A DNA stretch of 64,000 nucleotides from Monocercomonoides exilis PA203 (Eukaryota > Protista > Preaxostyla), in assembly GCA_001643675.2 (NCBI GenBank), contig LSRY02000016.1, forward strand, positions 124,001 through 188,000, in the 5' to 3' direction. This document shows positions 11,501-22,800 of the stretch, piece after piece (the stretch's first letter is position 1; each line of letters begins with the position of its first letter). The notes beneath the pieces are model-generated. The model saw only the letters and a program-made list of their open reading frames with translations. It made no database searches and was not told where the DNA came from. Both the position numbers and the translations under genes were made by a program.

Positions 11501-14500
11501 TATTATCATCATCTTCACTGATGCTATTTGAATCTACAGTTGAAATAAATCAATCACATTTCCGAGATACTTGCGCGCCAAGCAGTGTTAAAGGTGGGGC
11601 GTTAAGCGTTTATTTAAAAAAGGGTCAATGTTTTTCTTTGAATGAATCAAGTAGCAACAACTGTGAATGCTCAAATACATCTGGAAAAGGAGGTTTTGTA
11701 TACTTGAATGCGTTCCTTTCAATTCTTGAAGAGCCGTTTCTATTTAAGACATGCAGTTTTGAAGGAAATTCTGCATTTCTTGGGAAAAACATATTTTTAG
11801 AAGTTAACAATCTGAGTAAGTCTGTATCGATGAATACTTTAAATATAAATTTCGATGGCATGAATTACGATGAGAACCTTTTGATTGGAAACGACATAAT
11901 TTTTACCAAGCCTATAGATCTCCTTCACTTTTTCATCCCTCGTGTGTATTCTAATGTTTATCTTTCGACTGTAAGTTTCGATCTGATAGGCTGTGGAAGT
12001 GTGGATGTGCCGTGCAAATCATTCGGAAAGGCAATAAATCAAAGAGATATGAATCTTTCAGAATGGACAATTTATGTAGGAGATACTGCTATAATTAATG
12101 ATCACTTTAATCTTTCAAATTGCTTTTTAAAGCCTAAGTTGCAAGAAAACAATAAAGATAGTGTCAGATTTTATCTTCAATCTCACGCATCAACGGGAGA
12201 AGTTCCTTCAATGAGTAATGAAGGAAGTCTTTCATTTTTGGATATAGCCTTTCGAATAGAAGCTGTTGGAACAAATACTCTAAAAACAATTGTGATAAAT
12301 TCAGGTGATTTGCTTTCATTTGCTCATTGTTCTTTTGAAAATGTTGGAAATGAGGCGGATCAAAACGATTATTCTATCGTTATTATGAAGAAGGGAAAGC
12401 TTCAAATTGATGATATTTCGATTCAAAACAACAAGAACAAAAAAGATGCTTTTGTAATTTCATTTGGATGCGAATCTGCTTTTAATAATTTGGAGATTAT
12501 TTCAAGTTTTATCGATGAAGGAGGTGCTATTCGCATTGGTGCTGATCAAGAATCGTTTCATAATGAGCAAATAATAATTACACATATACTTATCAATGGA
12601 TCAACTTTCAGATCGATTGAAAGAAGCAACAAAGGAGCAAGTGTTATCCAGTCTGAAAAGGAAGGAGAGCAAGTTGATTTAAACATAAATGATACTTCTT
12701 TTGAATCTTGTTCTGCTCCTTCTTCAACAAGAGGAGGCGCAGTGATGTTTTCATTGCATGAAGGAAGATCTCTGAGGATTACCGACAGTACCTTTACGCA
12801 ATGCAATTGTAGTTACTCGAATGGAAGAGGAGGTGCATTGTTCATTTCAGCGAAATCTCACAAAGAGCTCGATTTTCTTTTAAATCGCGTATCTTTTGCG
12901 TATAATCTGGCTCATGTTGGCTGGAACGTATTTGTGGAATGCTATAACATATCCTCGCAGATCAATGAAACACAATTTAAACTCGATTTCAGAACAATTC
13001 CATCGCAGCTGCATTTGTTCTCTGGTTGTGATACAACAGATCACACTGATGATACAGATCTGATGCAGTTTATTACGATCTATCAGGATTCCACCATCGT
13101 AGTGTCAAATGCACCAAACAAATCTTCCACAAATTCGAGGCTATGCGGAAGTTACGAACAGCCTTGCATTTCTTTGGGTTATGCACTTGAACACTTGGTC
13201 CACACATTCGAGAGCAGGCTAATGATTGACCAGCAAACGTTCATTGAAAGCGAAATTGATTTGAAAAACCTTTCAATGCATGCGCTTAGCACAGAACAAA
13301 GCAATGTGAGTTTTTCATCAGATCTTTCGAAGACTCGTGATTCACTTTTGAACACATTCTCAAGAGTTATTATTGAATCCATTTCATTTAAGTTTTCTCC
13401 TCAGACGCATTTAATGCATAACGTTATTTTCTATGCTGTGAATGGATCTTTGAAGATTTTGTCATCCACATTTGAATCGACTGATTTGACTTCAATTGCT
13501 TTTGCTTCGCAATTATTTCGAATATCTGCAGCATCATTAATTATGGAAAAGGTCAGATACCAATTGTTATCGCTTCATTCTATTGTCAATTTTCAAGTTG
13601 AGAGTTCTTCATTAAGCATTTCGGACATTATATTATCCTCGCTCATCTTATCGGATAATGCAATAAACTTTTTCAAAATATCTGAAACGACATTCGTCAC
13701 CAATGTTAGAGTTTTTAACACCAGCCTGCTTGGAGGCTCAATCATTTATTTTCATTCTTCTGGCAATGCACATCTTGAGGTTAGCAAACACACAAGAACA
13801 TCTTTTTCTCTTCTAAATTTTGCAAACATTTCATCTGCTGGTCCATCTGGTTGTGCTGTTTTTATCGAAAAGTTAACTGACGCTCCTCTTGACATAATTA
13901 ATTGTTCTTTCAACAATTGTTCTTCATCGAGTGAAAAAGGGAATACAATTTCAATTCATTCTTCAAAAGATATTTTGTTCTCATCGTGCTCTATCAGCGG
14001 AAGCAATGACCTCCCAGAAACGGATGAGAAAAATCATGAAACGAATGAAAAATTTGGAGAAATATGCAAATGGAGCGGATCTCTTGTGGATGCAGTGAAC
14101 AGCTCTGTTGCGTTGAAAGATACAACAATCGAAAATTCATCTACTGGAGGCATGACCATTTCTGGAGGGAATATACTTGTTGAAAAAGGAGAATTTATAA
14201 ATAACAGCCCGTCAGTAGAGAAGTATCCATCTGTTCGCAGAAACATCATCTGCGCAGATTCTGGAGAATTGAATGTTATCAGCTATAAAAATGGAGATGG
14301 ATTAATGAACGATACATCATTTTGGATTCTGAATGAAGGATGCCAACTGAAAGGAATTATCAGTGATGTGTCTTCAGTTTTGTTTATTCCTTCTCTTCGT
14401 CATGTGAAGGCTGTTGAAGAAGACGATGTGTTGAAACTTAATTGCACAGGATCTCTTCTTTTGCCTTGTGGACTATCTTTGCTCTTCATCACGAAAGTGG

Positions 14501-16110
14501 AAGATCTTCATATTAAAGAAAACTATACTTTCGGAGATGAGGATTATGTTTCAGAAACGGAAGTACATGCAAATATTCCATCATCAGCAATTTCTTCTGC
14601 ACCTGCAGAAGCTGAAGTTTTTATTTCAATTCAATTTGGTGGGCTTTCATCATCATCAACAACAGCACAATGGATTTTAAAGAACAAGACAGAAGTGCAG
14701 ACAAATTTAACAGACAATATTGTTAAAGGAGAAAAGAGTTCAAGTTCATTGTGGATAATAATTGTGATAGTGATGTCAGTAATCCTTTTTATTATTCTGA
14801 TAATTGCGGTTGCTTTTATTGTTCGGTGGAAGAAAGCAAAGAGAAGAACAGAAGAGCTTGAGGTGATCGTGGAAGATACAGTGAGGAAGGATCCAAAGCT
14901 GATTGAGATGATGACGATGGAGATGTCGCCAGAGGAGCAATGGCGAAGAACAAAAAGGGAGGAAGCGAAAAAGAATGAAGAGAGGATTAAGAAGAGAGTG
15001 TACGAGAAAACAATTCAGCATTCAGAATCATCAGAGTATTTGTTGAGCGAGAGCGGTTCAACTGAATACATCCTTGGGAGAGATTCAGACAAGATTCCAG
15101 AATGGGTGCTGGAGAAAGTTGATGAGAAGGAAGAAGATGTTATTTCAAGGAAGCGAACTCCATCACCATCCATTTCATCCACTTCAACCACAGACACTTC
15201 AGATACAGAATCCACATTTGTTCGATCAGAGAGTCTGTGCCCAACCACGTCATCCATGTCGAATCTGGTGGATGCAATGGCATGCTCATCGCCACATGAG
15301 AAGCTGATTGTGGACCTTAGGGATTCGCTGTTCATGTTGCTTCACGGAAGGAACGAGAAGAAAGAAATGGCAATTGACACTCTTCAGGAGAGAGAGCAAA
15401 CAGCTGCTCAAATCCTGTTCTGGGTGGCTAATCTCGCGCTCCACTCATTTGATGAAATGGATAATCCTCTTTCTTCACTTGCCAATCTCAGTCCTCACAT
15501 TGTTCTGTTCTCCGAGCATATGGTCATCGCCATTGCTATGCACTCTGATTGTTCTTCAGACTCAGATTCATCTTCCATCTCTTCTGCCTCGACAATTGTT
15601 TCATCCTCCTCTGATCAGAAATCCTCAAATAGAAATGGAAAAAGTTCACCACCACCTTCATCTGCATTTGAGGATGATGAAGACAACAGGAAGGAGTGTA
15701 TGAGATGGAAGGCACCAGAGCTGATGATTAACAGAAATGCAACAGCTTCAAAAAAAACAGTTTCATTCTCGATTGGGATGATGCTTTGGGAATGTCTAAC
15801 ACTCCAAATCCCATTTGGAGAATATGAGGCAGAGGTTGCTGGACAGAAGATTGTCAACGGAGAGAGGCCAAGCTTGGAAGCAATTGATTCTTCTACTTAT
15901 TTTGAGTCAGTTAGATCCTGCTTATCAGAAAATTATGATGACAGACAAAGCTTAATTAGATTGAAACGAGAATTTATTCAGCACTTCCCAGCTGGTGCTG
16001 TGATAATGACAGTATCCGATGCCGTCGACTTTGCAATCAGCGGCAGAGATAAAAAGAGTGACTACGCTTCGACAGAAGCTGAAGATTTGTCATGTAGTTC
16101 CTTTTTTTAA
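8572..16110 (+). CDS. Large type I membrane protein (2512 aa): signal peptide, beta-helix/pmp-like GGA(I/V) repeats, CG..x..PC repeats, one TM helix, cytoplasmic degenerate kinase C-lobe
   Basis: Hydrophobic N-terminus; repeated (N/S)GGAIY, GGGxY and GGAL motifs; CGTYSYPC, CGSVDVPC and CGSYEQPC; TM LWIIIVIVMSVILFIILIIAVAFIV followed by RWKK; kinase subdomain VIII-XI remnants RWKAPE, FSIGMMLWECLTLQIPF and GERP. Confidence 0.8.
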   Translation: MKRCIFVFCVIVCLYEAKCDEHNCCSIISAKVDATNSTVDFHFHTFINLPHSPIIRCRKSSRISFKNSLLRNCIDVECLLEINEGLIDCSNISFSHSGRPTNVFPSFALSPFQWSNFILQYSAITNLVVEDYSYLFKGMFAYNSMKFNCFSNISSNFLPKQNEKNESLVSSISLETIIKCSNFRRADENLNWIMPTQRSQYKLLKALNSTFVECKHSLNSGTREMLNETTILNDCSWSDCSAEGLTVKEANGGAIYLYGNGTADLSINNCTFSNCSSLNSGGAIYADNVGTINVNESRFMQCQAGNFGGSISVRDIQTKYSYCFNNFENCTALIFGGAVYFKNYTANNQVNMNVAKNCSSSSYGGGFMHHDSDYPAPFFNTLTMNCSSITGGGLYLFFQKIPQNSEIQLFFFCAFFNNTAESGNDIRLYNKDNLTDELNPTVGCLTTSVENQVCMWATEEEIVNWIPTTLESRLVNFENGLDIDVCGLEIKKCRTIGFTVTQARPSTNFSIILESALIKETQIIIGENIVCISRKNETFVPEIECCSTNGSFFQVGTGSLKIENIVIVLSQNASPEITIFHSTNSGELIIHNCIIKGSCPPTSNSLTAAIFSGCNSKTEIGMCNVSSFFLSGKPVFDIKPCSLQAPSLNISNTTFSDISRKTGSGCIFEKVIESDELFSVNDVIIEDCTTEDGNGGGFWIESNYGSSLRIGVSEKETSFSRCSCKNLLPGNGYGGGMYLKFDKGASDFIVTSTSFTECSASKGGSNIFIECWCLKELINATSLNFSREDMLNRDLMGFEEGNENAPIELEAFFVEFNGTGYVCGDNGCDFSGCGTYSYPCASLSHLISLRFELIDRNIIINSIVTLEEAIEMNDFECEMTGVTTTTQFDVYPSSSISSGNVISIRNNANLINLCFSLHPSFSSASAFIKFVPSIEEDKLLRIFSCSFSGISGSEISYAIISSTNGKITISECTLSELLSSSSLMLFESTVEINQSHFRDTCAPSSVKGGALSVYLKKGQCFSLNESSSNNCECSNTSGKGGFVYLNAFLSILEEPFLFKTCSFEGNSAFLGKNIFLEVNNLSKSVSMNTLNINFDGMNYDENLLIGNDIIFTKPIDLLHFFIPRVYSNVYLSTVSFDLIGCGSVDVPCKSFGKAINQRDMNLSEWTIYVGDTAIINDHFNLSNCFLKPKLQENNKDSVRFYLQSHASTGEVPSMSNEGSLSFLDIAFRIEAVGTNTLKTIVINSGDLLSFAHCSFENVGNEADQNDYSIVIMKKGKLQIDDISIQNNKNKKDAFVISFGCESAFNNLEIISSFIDEGGAIRIGADQESFHNEQIIITHILINGSTFRSIERSNKGASVIQSEKEGEQVDLNINDTSFESCSAPSSTRGGAVMFSLHEGRSLRITDSTFTQCNCSYSNGRGGALFISAKSHKELDFLLNRVSFAYNLAHVGWNVFVECYNISSQINETQFKLDFRTIPSQLHLFSGCDTTDHTDDTDLMQFITIYQDSTIVVSNAPNKSSTNSRLCGSYEQPCISLGYALEHLVHTFESRLMIDQQTFIESEIDLKNLSMHALSTEQSNVSFSSDLSKTRDSLLNTFSRVIIESISFKFSPQTHLMHNVIFYAVNGSLKILSSTFESTDLTSIAFASQLFRISAASLIMEKVRYQLLSLHSIVNFQVESSSLSISDIILSSLILSDNAINFFKISETTFVTNVRVFNTSLLGGSIIYFHSSGNAHLEVSKHTRTSFSLLNFANISSAGPSGCAVFIEKLTDAPLDIINCSFNNCSSSSEKGNTISIHSSKDILFSSCSISGSNDLPETDEKNHETNEKFGEICKWSGSLVDAVNSSVALKDTTIENSSTGGMTISGGNILVEKGEFINNSPSVEKYPSVRRNIICADSGELNVISYKNGDGLMNDTSFWILNEGCQLKGIISDVSSVLFIPSLRHVKAVEEDDVLKLNCTGSLLLPCGLSLLFITKVEDLHIKENYTFGDEDYVSETEVHANIPSSAISSAPAEAEVFISIQFGGLSSSSTTAQWILKNKTEVQTNLTDNIVKGEKSSSSLWIIIVIVMSVILFIILIIAVAFIVRWKKAKRRTEELEVIVEDTVRKDPKLIEMMTMEMSPEEQWRRTKREEAKKNEERIKKRVYEKTIQHSESSEYLLSESGSTEYILGRDSDKIPEWVLEKVDEKEEDVISRKRTPSPSISSTSTTDTSDTESTFVRSESLCPTTSSMSNLVDAMACSSPHEKLIVDLRDSLFMLLHGRNEKKEMAIDTLQEREQTAAQILFWVANLALHSFDEMDNPLSSLANLSPHIVLFSEHMVIAIAMHSDCSSDSDSSSISSASTIVSSSSDQKSSNRNGKSSPPPSSAFEDDEDNRKECMRWKAPELMINRNATASKKTVSFSIGMMLWECLTLQIPFGEYEAEVAGQKIVNGERPSLEAIDSSTYFESVRSCLSENYDDRQSLIRLKREFIQHFPAGAVIMTVSDAVDFAISGRDKKSDYASTEAEDLSCSSFF

Positions 16111-16853
16111 AATGAAAAGATGAATTTTTTGCAGTTATACTCAGATTAAGTTATTGTAATTTCTGATAAAATTATTTTGGATTTAGAACTATTAGTCTTT
16201 GTGATGGAGAATTCATTCGTTTGTTTGTTTAGAATTTTCAAAAAATTTTCGTTTATTAGCTTTTGAAACACCTTTTGCTGATTGATTTGTTGTAATATTA
16301 GACTTCTAATCTCTTTTTTTTTGGAAGGAAAATTTGAATTTAGTACTGATTATTTTTCTTTCAAAAAAAGTTTTCAGTGTTTGTTTTCATTTCACCTTAG
16401 TGATTATCTTCTCTCTCAAATTTTGTATATATTTTTTCGTTCATAACATTTTTTATCTGTATTCAATTTCTGTTGTGATATCATTAACTGTTACAAATTT
16501 TTAATTAAAATTGAATTATTGTAATAAATAGAAAACTTCTTTTCATGAGATTACATTAATTTTTTGAACATGAATTAATAGTTGAAATGCACGATCATCT
16601 CATTTCAGAATTGGCAATGACTAATATGACATTTGAACTTATTTGGAGAAGATGATTATTCAGATTTTGAATGATTAAACACTTATGTCTTATAACCATC
16701 ATTCGGTTCAAGGCAATTTTATATTTATTCATTGACAATTGGGATGAATGAAATAGAAAAAGATTCATTATTATTATTTTCAAAATTTCCATTTAACCAT
16801 TATCATGTTTATCTGATTGCAAATTAATCTTTTATAGTTTTTTAGAATGAGAA

Positions 16854-18953
16854 ATGTCATACGGTTATGAAAATAATGCGGTATCAATTGCATTTTTAAG
16901 GTCTTTATGATTTTTGTTTTCTGCTTGTATTCTACTTCCTCGTTGCCGTTTTATTCTGAAGATTCTTTCACATGAATTATCCAGTGAGCTTTTCCAAAAA
17001 GAATTATCACAAAAAAGTTATGATGAAAAAAGCATAAAGTTTGCTTTCGGAGATAGGCAGGAGGAAGCAAAATCCCCATTTCAGAAAATAATTGTTGAAC
17101 AAGAACATATTTTACAAAACCCTTTTTATGGTCTTTCGAAATACAGCTCCGAAACATCAGCAAGCAGTTTTTTTTCTTCAACTCCTTTTATTGAGATTGA
17201 CAAAAAGAGTTTTAAGCCAGAAGACGAAATTGGACATGACAAAGGCATTTACCAAAAAAGCTTGCAAAAGGACAGCAGCGCTTCTAGTTATTTGTCAAAT
17301 GAATTTTTTAATGACACTACTTCTTCAAGAGAAATGGATAGATGTTCTCAATCGTCGAGAAGTGCATCTCACTATTTTTTGAGAACAGATGAAAGTTACA
17401 ATTATATAAGAAAGGAACGGTTCAAGGAAAATAATGATGTGAATCACTCGCTTCCATTCGATATTAATAAATTTAGTTGTGGACATACGAAAAATTTGCA
17501 TTGGAAAGATGGAACAACCATTTCTGCCTTTGATAACAGCATTAATTGTACTGAAAGTGAAAATGAATTTGGAGATATCGATATTGCAAAAGACACAATG
17601 AAAATGAGCTCTAAAATGTATAAAAGCTATGAAAGTCCGGAGGCAATTCTCAGAGAAGTTATTGATAGTTTGCGCTTTAAGTGGAAGACAGATGATTCAA
17701 AGCTTTCTGAAAAAAGGGGAAGTTGGAGTCAGTTGCTCGCAGATGGCAGTACAACTACGAAGCGCATACTAAAAAAGAAAGAAAGAAATCTTGTTGATGA
17801 AAACGTGTTGAAGATTGTTCGGCAACAGATTGCGGAAGCAGTCGAAATGAAGCTGAAATATGGAGTTTGGGTAAAAAAGGACTGGATATTGAGCGATTGG
17901 GAGCAAGAGATGTGGAACAAAGCGGAACGAAGCATGAATGCCGATGAAATCCGTGATTGCTACGATGTTGAAAAGGGATGCGCTGCTGATTTGACAATGG
18001 AAGAGATTAAACAGGAACTTCACGAAGCCTTGGAACTTGGCAATGAGAAGAATAGGAAAGAATTAAACGATCTTTTTGCAATCAAAGAGAAAGAAATGGA
18101 AGACGAGGAAAGAATAGCTTCAAAAAGTTGGAAGGGGGGCAAAGATGAATTATGCGGTAAAAACCATGAAGAGCACAACATTACAAACAAAAAAGAAAAC
18201 GAAGACGTAACTAATGAACATCGGAAAATGTTTATTGGAGGAATAAAACAAAATGAGCAATTGACAAGAAACCACAAAATTTCCCGCATTAAATTCACTC
18301 TCGCAAGCACTTGTCGCAATGGACTGTATCAAAAGGAACCACTCTGCACACGTTCTGAAAAGACAGTAGATTTTTCTTACCAGCAAAGTACAGATGCACG
18401 TCAAATACATGATAGAAGAAATTATACCATTGTACCAGCTTATGATAACAAAAAAGGAAGCAATTATTTTATGTTCTCCGCAATTCCAGAGAATGAAATG
18501 GAAGAGGCATCATTTTCTATTGCAAATAAAGGGAAAAAACTACCAATATTTTGCGGTAAAGGGGTTGTTTCTATTGATGAAATTAGAGGAATAGACAACG
18601 ATTCGAAACTTGAACTCTATATCATTCAAAGACAGACTAAAAGCAGAGAGATCTTACCTTTAGAAAATGAGGACGAAGAGAAAGTGCTTATTACATCATT
18701 TTTCGGATGTATGCATTATCACAGACCAATCTTATGCGATAGCATTCATCAAAATGATAAAGATTGTTGTTATTCAAGGATGAAATTTGGTAATAGTAAT
18801 CTATTTTTGAATTGTAGAAAAGAAAAATCAAATATGATGCGAAAAAAGCTTATTGACCGAATTCGAATCGAAAAGAAAATGATAATGATAAGAGGTATTG
18901 ATGTATTTATATTTCCTTCTTCGCGCCCTCCACTTCTTGCTAAACCTCATTGA
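16854..18953 (+). CDS. Hypothetical protein, 2 exons (16854-16880, 16962-18953)
   Basis: 679-codon ORF. An upstream ATG at 16854 joins it through a phase-0 GT-AG intron 16881-16961 that removes an in-frame TGA. Glu/Lys-rich helical middle; no family recognised. Confidence 0.6.
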
Positions 18954-19873
18954 TAATCGAAATGCTATTGGTTTGGATTAAGTGTGATTTGATAATTATT
19001 TTAAACAGAAATTTGAAACACACAATGAAATTGCATTCTTTTTTGAATCTTTCGTCAAAGCAAAATAGCTTTTAGGAAATTTCCCTTTTAATCCGAATGA
19101 TACACCAAAAACAATTCAAAATGCGAATTTTTGCAATTGAATTGTTAATTTCAAATACTTTCAATTTTTAATATATTTAATGAAAGAAATACATTTAAGA
19201 GAAAAAAATAAAAATTTTCGAATTATTTTCTCACTCGTAAAGTTTATTTCAAAGTCATAATAATTCCAATGATTTTGCAAATTTTGATTTTTGAAAAAAG
19301 TTTCATGTCGCAACTAAAAATGATCACTTGGACATCAGTCATTATTTCGAATACAAAAATGAAACATAATATTAATTTCTTAAAATAAGTTTTTTGGGAT
19401 TAATATGTGTTTATTCAAAAATTCAATAGCATAACATTAGAATATATTGCTTAATTAATTATCTATCTTGTTGAAATGAAGATAGAATAACAAAAATAAA
19501 ACCTGAAAAGAAGAAAAGTTTAACTTCGATGTGATTGCTTAAACCTTATGATTAAAGATATTCACTGAATAGCCAGCAATACAATAATCATAAAATATGA
19601 ATGAATAAATAAAATTCTTTAACTCTTGAAAAACTGAAAATACAGTTGAAAAAATGAAAAGAAAAGAAAAAAGAAAATAATTCGCAAAAACTAACATTTC
19701 TAGTTACGATTCACAGGCCACAAGCTCGTATAAAGCCGCAGTCAGTGTTGAAATAAAAGAAAAGTTGACAAAAAAAAAAAAAAGAAACATTAATCAAATT
19801 AAAGTCCTACTGAAAATACGAATCAAAAAAGATCTGGAAAATACATTACATATTCAAAAAGGACGCCACAAAT

Positions 19874-22800
19874 TTATCCTTTCTTTTCTATATTTGGCAG
19901 AATTGATTGTTCCATCAATCCTTCTTTTGTTGCGGTTATTTGAACGTTTTGCTCTCGATCTTGAATGCCATCAAGACGCTGTTTAAGTTCTGAGAAAGAC
20001 ACATTTGGCTCTTTCTGCATAATTTCAATCATATGCTTTGAAAGCCATCCTGTTTGTGTTCCATCACCAAACGTAAGTTGTATTGCTGATTGATCGGCAG
20101 CAGAAGCGCCAATGTGAATGGCATTGAGTAGCTGCTTGTCTCTCCGCACATTTCTAAGCTTTACCATTTTATCAAGATTGAACAACGAGCCTGCATGGCA
20201 GCACTCAGAGATTAGTACGATTCGAGTGTTTATGGATGCTTTGTTGAGGATGAGATCGAACAAACACCAATCAATCACCATTCCTGAAAACACACCTCGT
20301 GCTGTCGATTGAAAAGGAAAACAATCAGAGAAGAGAGATGAGGACAAAGAAGTATCTGCTTGCGAAGATGAAGCACTCAATGCAGTCTTGTTTGCATCAG
20401 TCATTTCCGTTGTGTTCAATTGAGCCTGCTCTTCTTTTTTTGGAAATGAATAAAATGAACTCTTCCCTGTTTCATTTAATCCTGTCGGATCTGAAATTTG
20501 CCCTCCATGTCCAGAAAAGTATTGAACAAATTCTTTTCCAGAATGATCAACAAGATATTCCATCCACCGATAATACTCAGCTGCTGAACTGTCACACGAA
20601 TAAAAGACCACAAACCCCCTGCTTTTCAACAATTCGGCAATTAATATTCCATCAGTTAGAGGGCCGATTCCCAAACTATTCGATTTTCCTTCATAAGGAT
20701 TGAGAAACAAAGCAGCTAAACGAGAAAATCGAAGTGTTTTTGGAAGTTGTGTTTCGCAAATGCGCTTCAGATTGATGCATCCCAAAGAATCCAAACGCTC
20801 GAGGTATTTTGAATGCTCAGTGAAAGAATAATCAAAAGGCTTTTTCAGAAATGCGAGTAAATTCACCCATTGCTTTTTTTGTTGTTCTCTTTCTATTTTG
20901 GAGGGCGATGCATTTGCTGTTGTTGGTTTCCGTTGAGAAGAACACTGTGCGGAAAGAAGAGGCTTTGCAGATGGTGAAGAGTTTTGAGAGCAATTACTGC
21001 CATGCGTTTTCATTGATGTTGCACTTGCATCTGAAGCGGCAGAACCTAAAACTCTTTGGCAAAGCTGATCAGTTAAATCACTGACTTGAATTTCTCTCTC
21101 TTTTCCTTCAAGACATCGAATAATTGGAGTTTTTAGCAATGCTGAGTTTGTCGTTGTTATTTGAGGATGCATTGAATCTTCCAAAGATCGATTCAAATAC
21201 TGCAAGATATCTTTCCATTGAATTTCAACGTGCTTTTCAAGAATAGAAATAAAACTGAAAAAAAATGAATCGAAATAATCGTCATTTGAATAACCCATCA
21301 TGGACAATCCTTCTTCAGATGAACAAGCGCTGATATGGATTGCATTCCAACGTGTTGCTCTTTCAATCATCAGCATCTCATCATTTTCATATTCCCTGCT
21401 CAATCCATCCTTTGAAAACTTTTCTCCTTCTTCAAGAAGAAATACATCGCCAGCATAAGAAGCTAGAGTTACAAGGACAATTCGTGCACCAGCACAATGA
21501 GGGTTCTTTTTAAACAGCTTGTGCAGAACATCCTCTGCGAGATAATCTTCTCCATTTCCAAGAAGAGGCTTTCTCATCCCTTTCCCAAAGAAAGTTGTTG
21601 TTGTTGCAGTATCAAGCCCAGCTTGAATAGCTTCCTTTTTCCATTTATCTTTTTCGTCTTCAGGCATAAAGCAAAGGGCTTTCTTTTTCTTTTTTTCTTT
21701 ATTGTTCGTAGTTATTGCAACAACTTCTCCAATAAAAATTGATGCCAATTCTTTTTTTACAGTTCGTAGAAGCCATTCCATCCAGTGATAATACTCAGTT
21801 GCAGTGGGATTCACAAAATACAGCACTCGATATCCTCTCTTTTGGTAAAGCCGGGCAGTTTGAATTGCTTGATTCATCTTCTCTTTAATCCTTGTTTCTG
21901 GAGAAACCAAACGTTTTTCAGATTCCTGTGGTGCTGCTTGTGGAGATGAGGTCGAAGCAGTAGTCGATGCTGAAGAAGAAGTCGATGCGGAAGAAGACTT
22001 GTTGATAGAATCACGAAACTAAGACATATCATTCGTGGCAGCTGCTGGCACAACAAGGAAAATTGCGCAAACATATCTGAGTGAAATTGATGGGAATGTT
22101 TTTGGAGTTATACGATCGAGATTGAAGAAGCCTTCAAAATCAAGACGCTGCAAAAATGGATTCAATACAGTAAAATATTTCACAGGCTTCTTCATTTCGA
22201 ATGAAAACTTTATAAAGCGAGATAATTGGTCTTTGGAAGTGTCAGGAGAAGAGAATGAAGTATGACGAATGAGAAGTTGTTCCATATCGTTCAAGTCGTC
22301 ATACACATCGTCTTCTTCTTCTTCAGGCGAAGTTTGCTTCGGAGAACCCATCAAATTCAAATAAAACTTGTTTGTGATATCGCTAAGTTGAAGCTCCCTT
22401 TGAGATTTTGAGAGTCGGCAAACAATTTTACTCTCAAGTAATTCATCAGCTGTTGCAGATAATTGCGGGTGCTGATCGAGTGGCATTAGTGGCTGAAGCG
22501 AGCTTAGCAGCTGTTTCCAATTGAGTTCCATATTTGCATCAAGCAGCTCAACAAATTTCAAAGCAAATGAATCAATAGATGAATCTTTGGTTATCACAAA
22601 GTTGGCAGTTTCCCCAATATTGCAAGAGCTAATGTGAACAATTTTTGGTATTTGTTTGCGAGATTTATTTAAAAGTCCTTCAGAGTTATGCTGATTGTCT
22701 GTTGCTAGTTTTGAAGTAAATTGTCTAAGATTATAAATATCGCCACCAGATGGCGCAGAAGTAATAAAAGTCAGCTTTGCAACTGAGTTTCTTGAATTTT

